From a virus (taxonomy: Duplodnaviria > Caudoviricetes): 43,795 bases of DNA. The notes under the pieces are model-generated. The model saw only the letters and a program-made list of their open reading frames with translations. It ran no database searches and was not told the origin of the DNA. Below, piece by piece: positions 43,233 to 43,795 of the stretch. Position 1 is the first letter of the stretch. Every line of letters begins with the position of its first letter. The position numbers were made by a program, and so were the translations under genes. The stretch covers positions 1 to 43,795 of IMG/VR virus record IMGVR_UViG_3300028585_000516, one strand, 5' to 3'.

Positions 43233-43795
43233 GAAGTCGCAAGGGCCTGCGTGACATCAACAAGGGCATTAACGACATGCGGTCCGGAGCCCGCCAGATC
43301 AAGTTAGCTGGATCTCCACCAGAGAAACAGATCCCTCTGCTCATCGAGGAGCGCGACGCTCGTCTCAAGGAGTCGGAAGGCGCACGCTCGAAGGCCTACG
43401 GGTTTGGTGCGAAGCGATTCGTCGAACAAGCAGAGCGTGCCGAGCATGAGGCGGCGAAGGCTCAAAAACAGATCGACAAGCTTGTGGCCGAGAACCCGCA
43501 CGTTCAACCTGTACGGAAGCGCACCTTTATGGAGTACACGGAGGCCCTCAACAAGGCTGACGCTGAATCGAAGCGGCGGCACAAGGAGGGCGTCATCAGT
43601 CGGGATCAGATGCGACAGGAGATGAAGGACAATAAGGAACGGGAGAAGACCGAGCCTGTCGACATCGACCCCGTAGTACCCGTCGGGCAGTCCGTCCCCG
43701 AGCGCCTCGAGTCGCTGCGGACGCTCTTGGACCAGGGCGTGGTGTCAGAGGCCGAGTACGCAGCTCAGCGTGCTCGTATTATCGGTGACATGTAG
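43226..43795 (+). CDS. SHOCT-domain protein
   Basis: C-terminal ERLESLRTLLDQGVVSEAEYAAQRARII. Confidence 0.8.
   Translation: MLGSRKGLRDINKGINDMRSGARQIKLAGSPPEKQIPLLIEERDARLKESEGARSKAYGFGAKRFVEQAERAEHEAAKAQKQIDKLVAENPHVQPVRKRTFMEYTEALNKADAESKRRHKEGVISRDQMRQEMKDNKEREKTEPVDIDPVVPVGQSVPERLESLRTLLDQGVVSEAEYAAQRARIIGDM

Noticed and set aside
1-43795. CRISPR array, diversity-generating retroelement, IS element or rRNA
   Set aside because: No regularly spaced repeats, reverse transcriptase, transposase or rRNA-like sequence seen

Overview
A complete or near-complete ~43.8 kb GC-rich temperate siphovirus or prophage of an actinobacterium. The gene style suggests a Micrococcaceae/Arthrobacter-like host (inference). 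+ strand: tyrosine integrase and a small cargo block (lipoprotein, hypothetical) at the left end; immunity block (HTH repressor, ImmA/IrrE protease, SHOCT protein) at the right end. The minus strand carries the lytic programme, read right to left: cro-like HTH, excisionase-like HTH, YqaJ exonuclease and partner, SSB, GIY-YIG nuclease, replication initiator, helicase loader, RusA, late regulator, late promoter with structured leader and accessory ORFs, HNH, terminase, portal, head, tail, tape measure with M23 peptidase, minor tails and fibre, lysis, HNH. Most notable non-obvious signals: (1) an RNA hairpin between the major tail and chaperone genes whose loop is complementary both to the chaperone start codon and to a nearby decoy copy; (2) a second -1 slippery site that would add a Pro/Glu tail to the major tail protein; (3) two degenerate tRNA-shaped RNAs in the late leader; (4) a GIY-YIG gene that begins with a diverged duplicate of the rep gene N-terminus; (5) an early-region protein mimicking the tape-measure N-terminus. 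All calls are by eye; no searches or folding programs were run.
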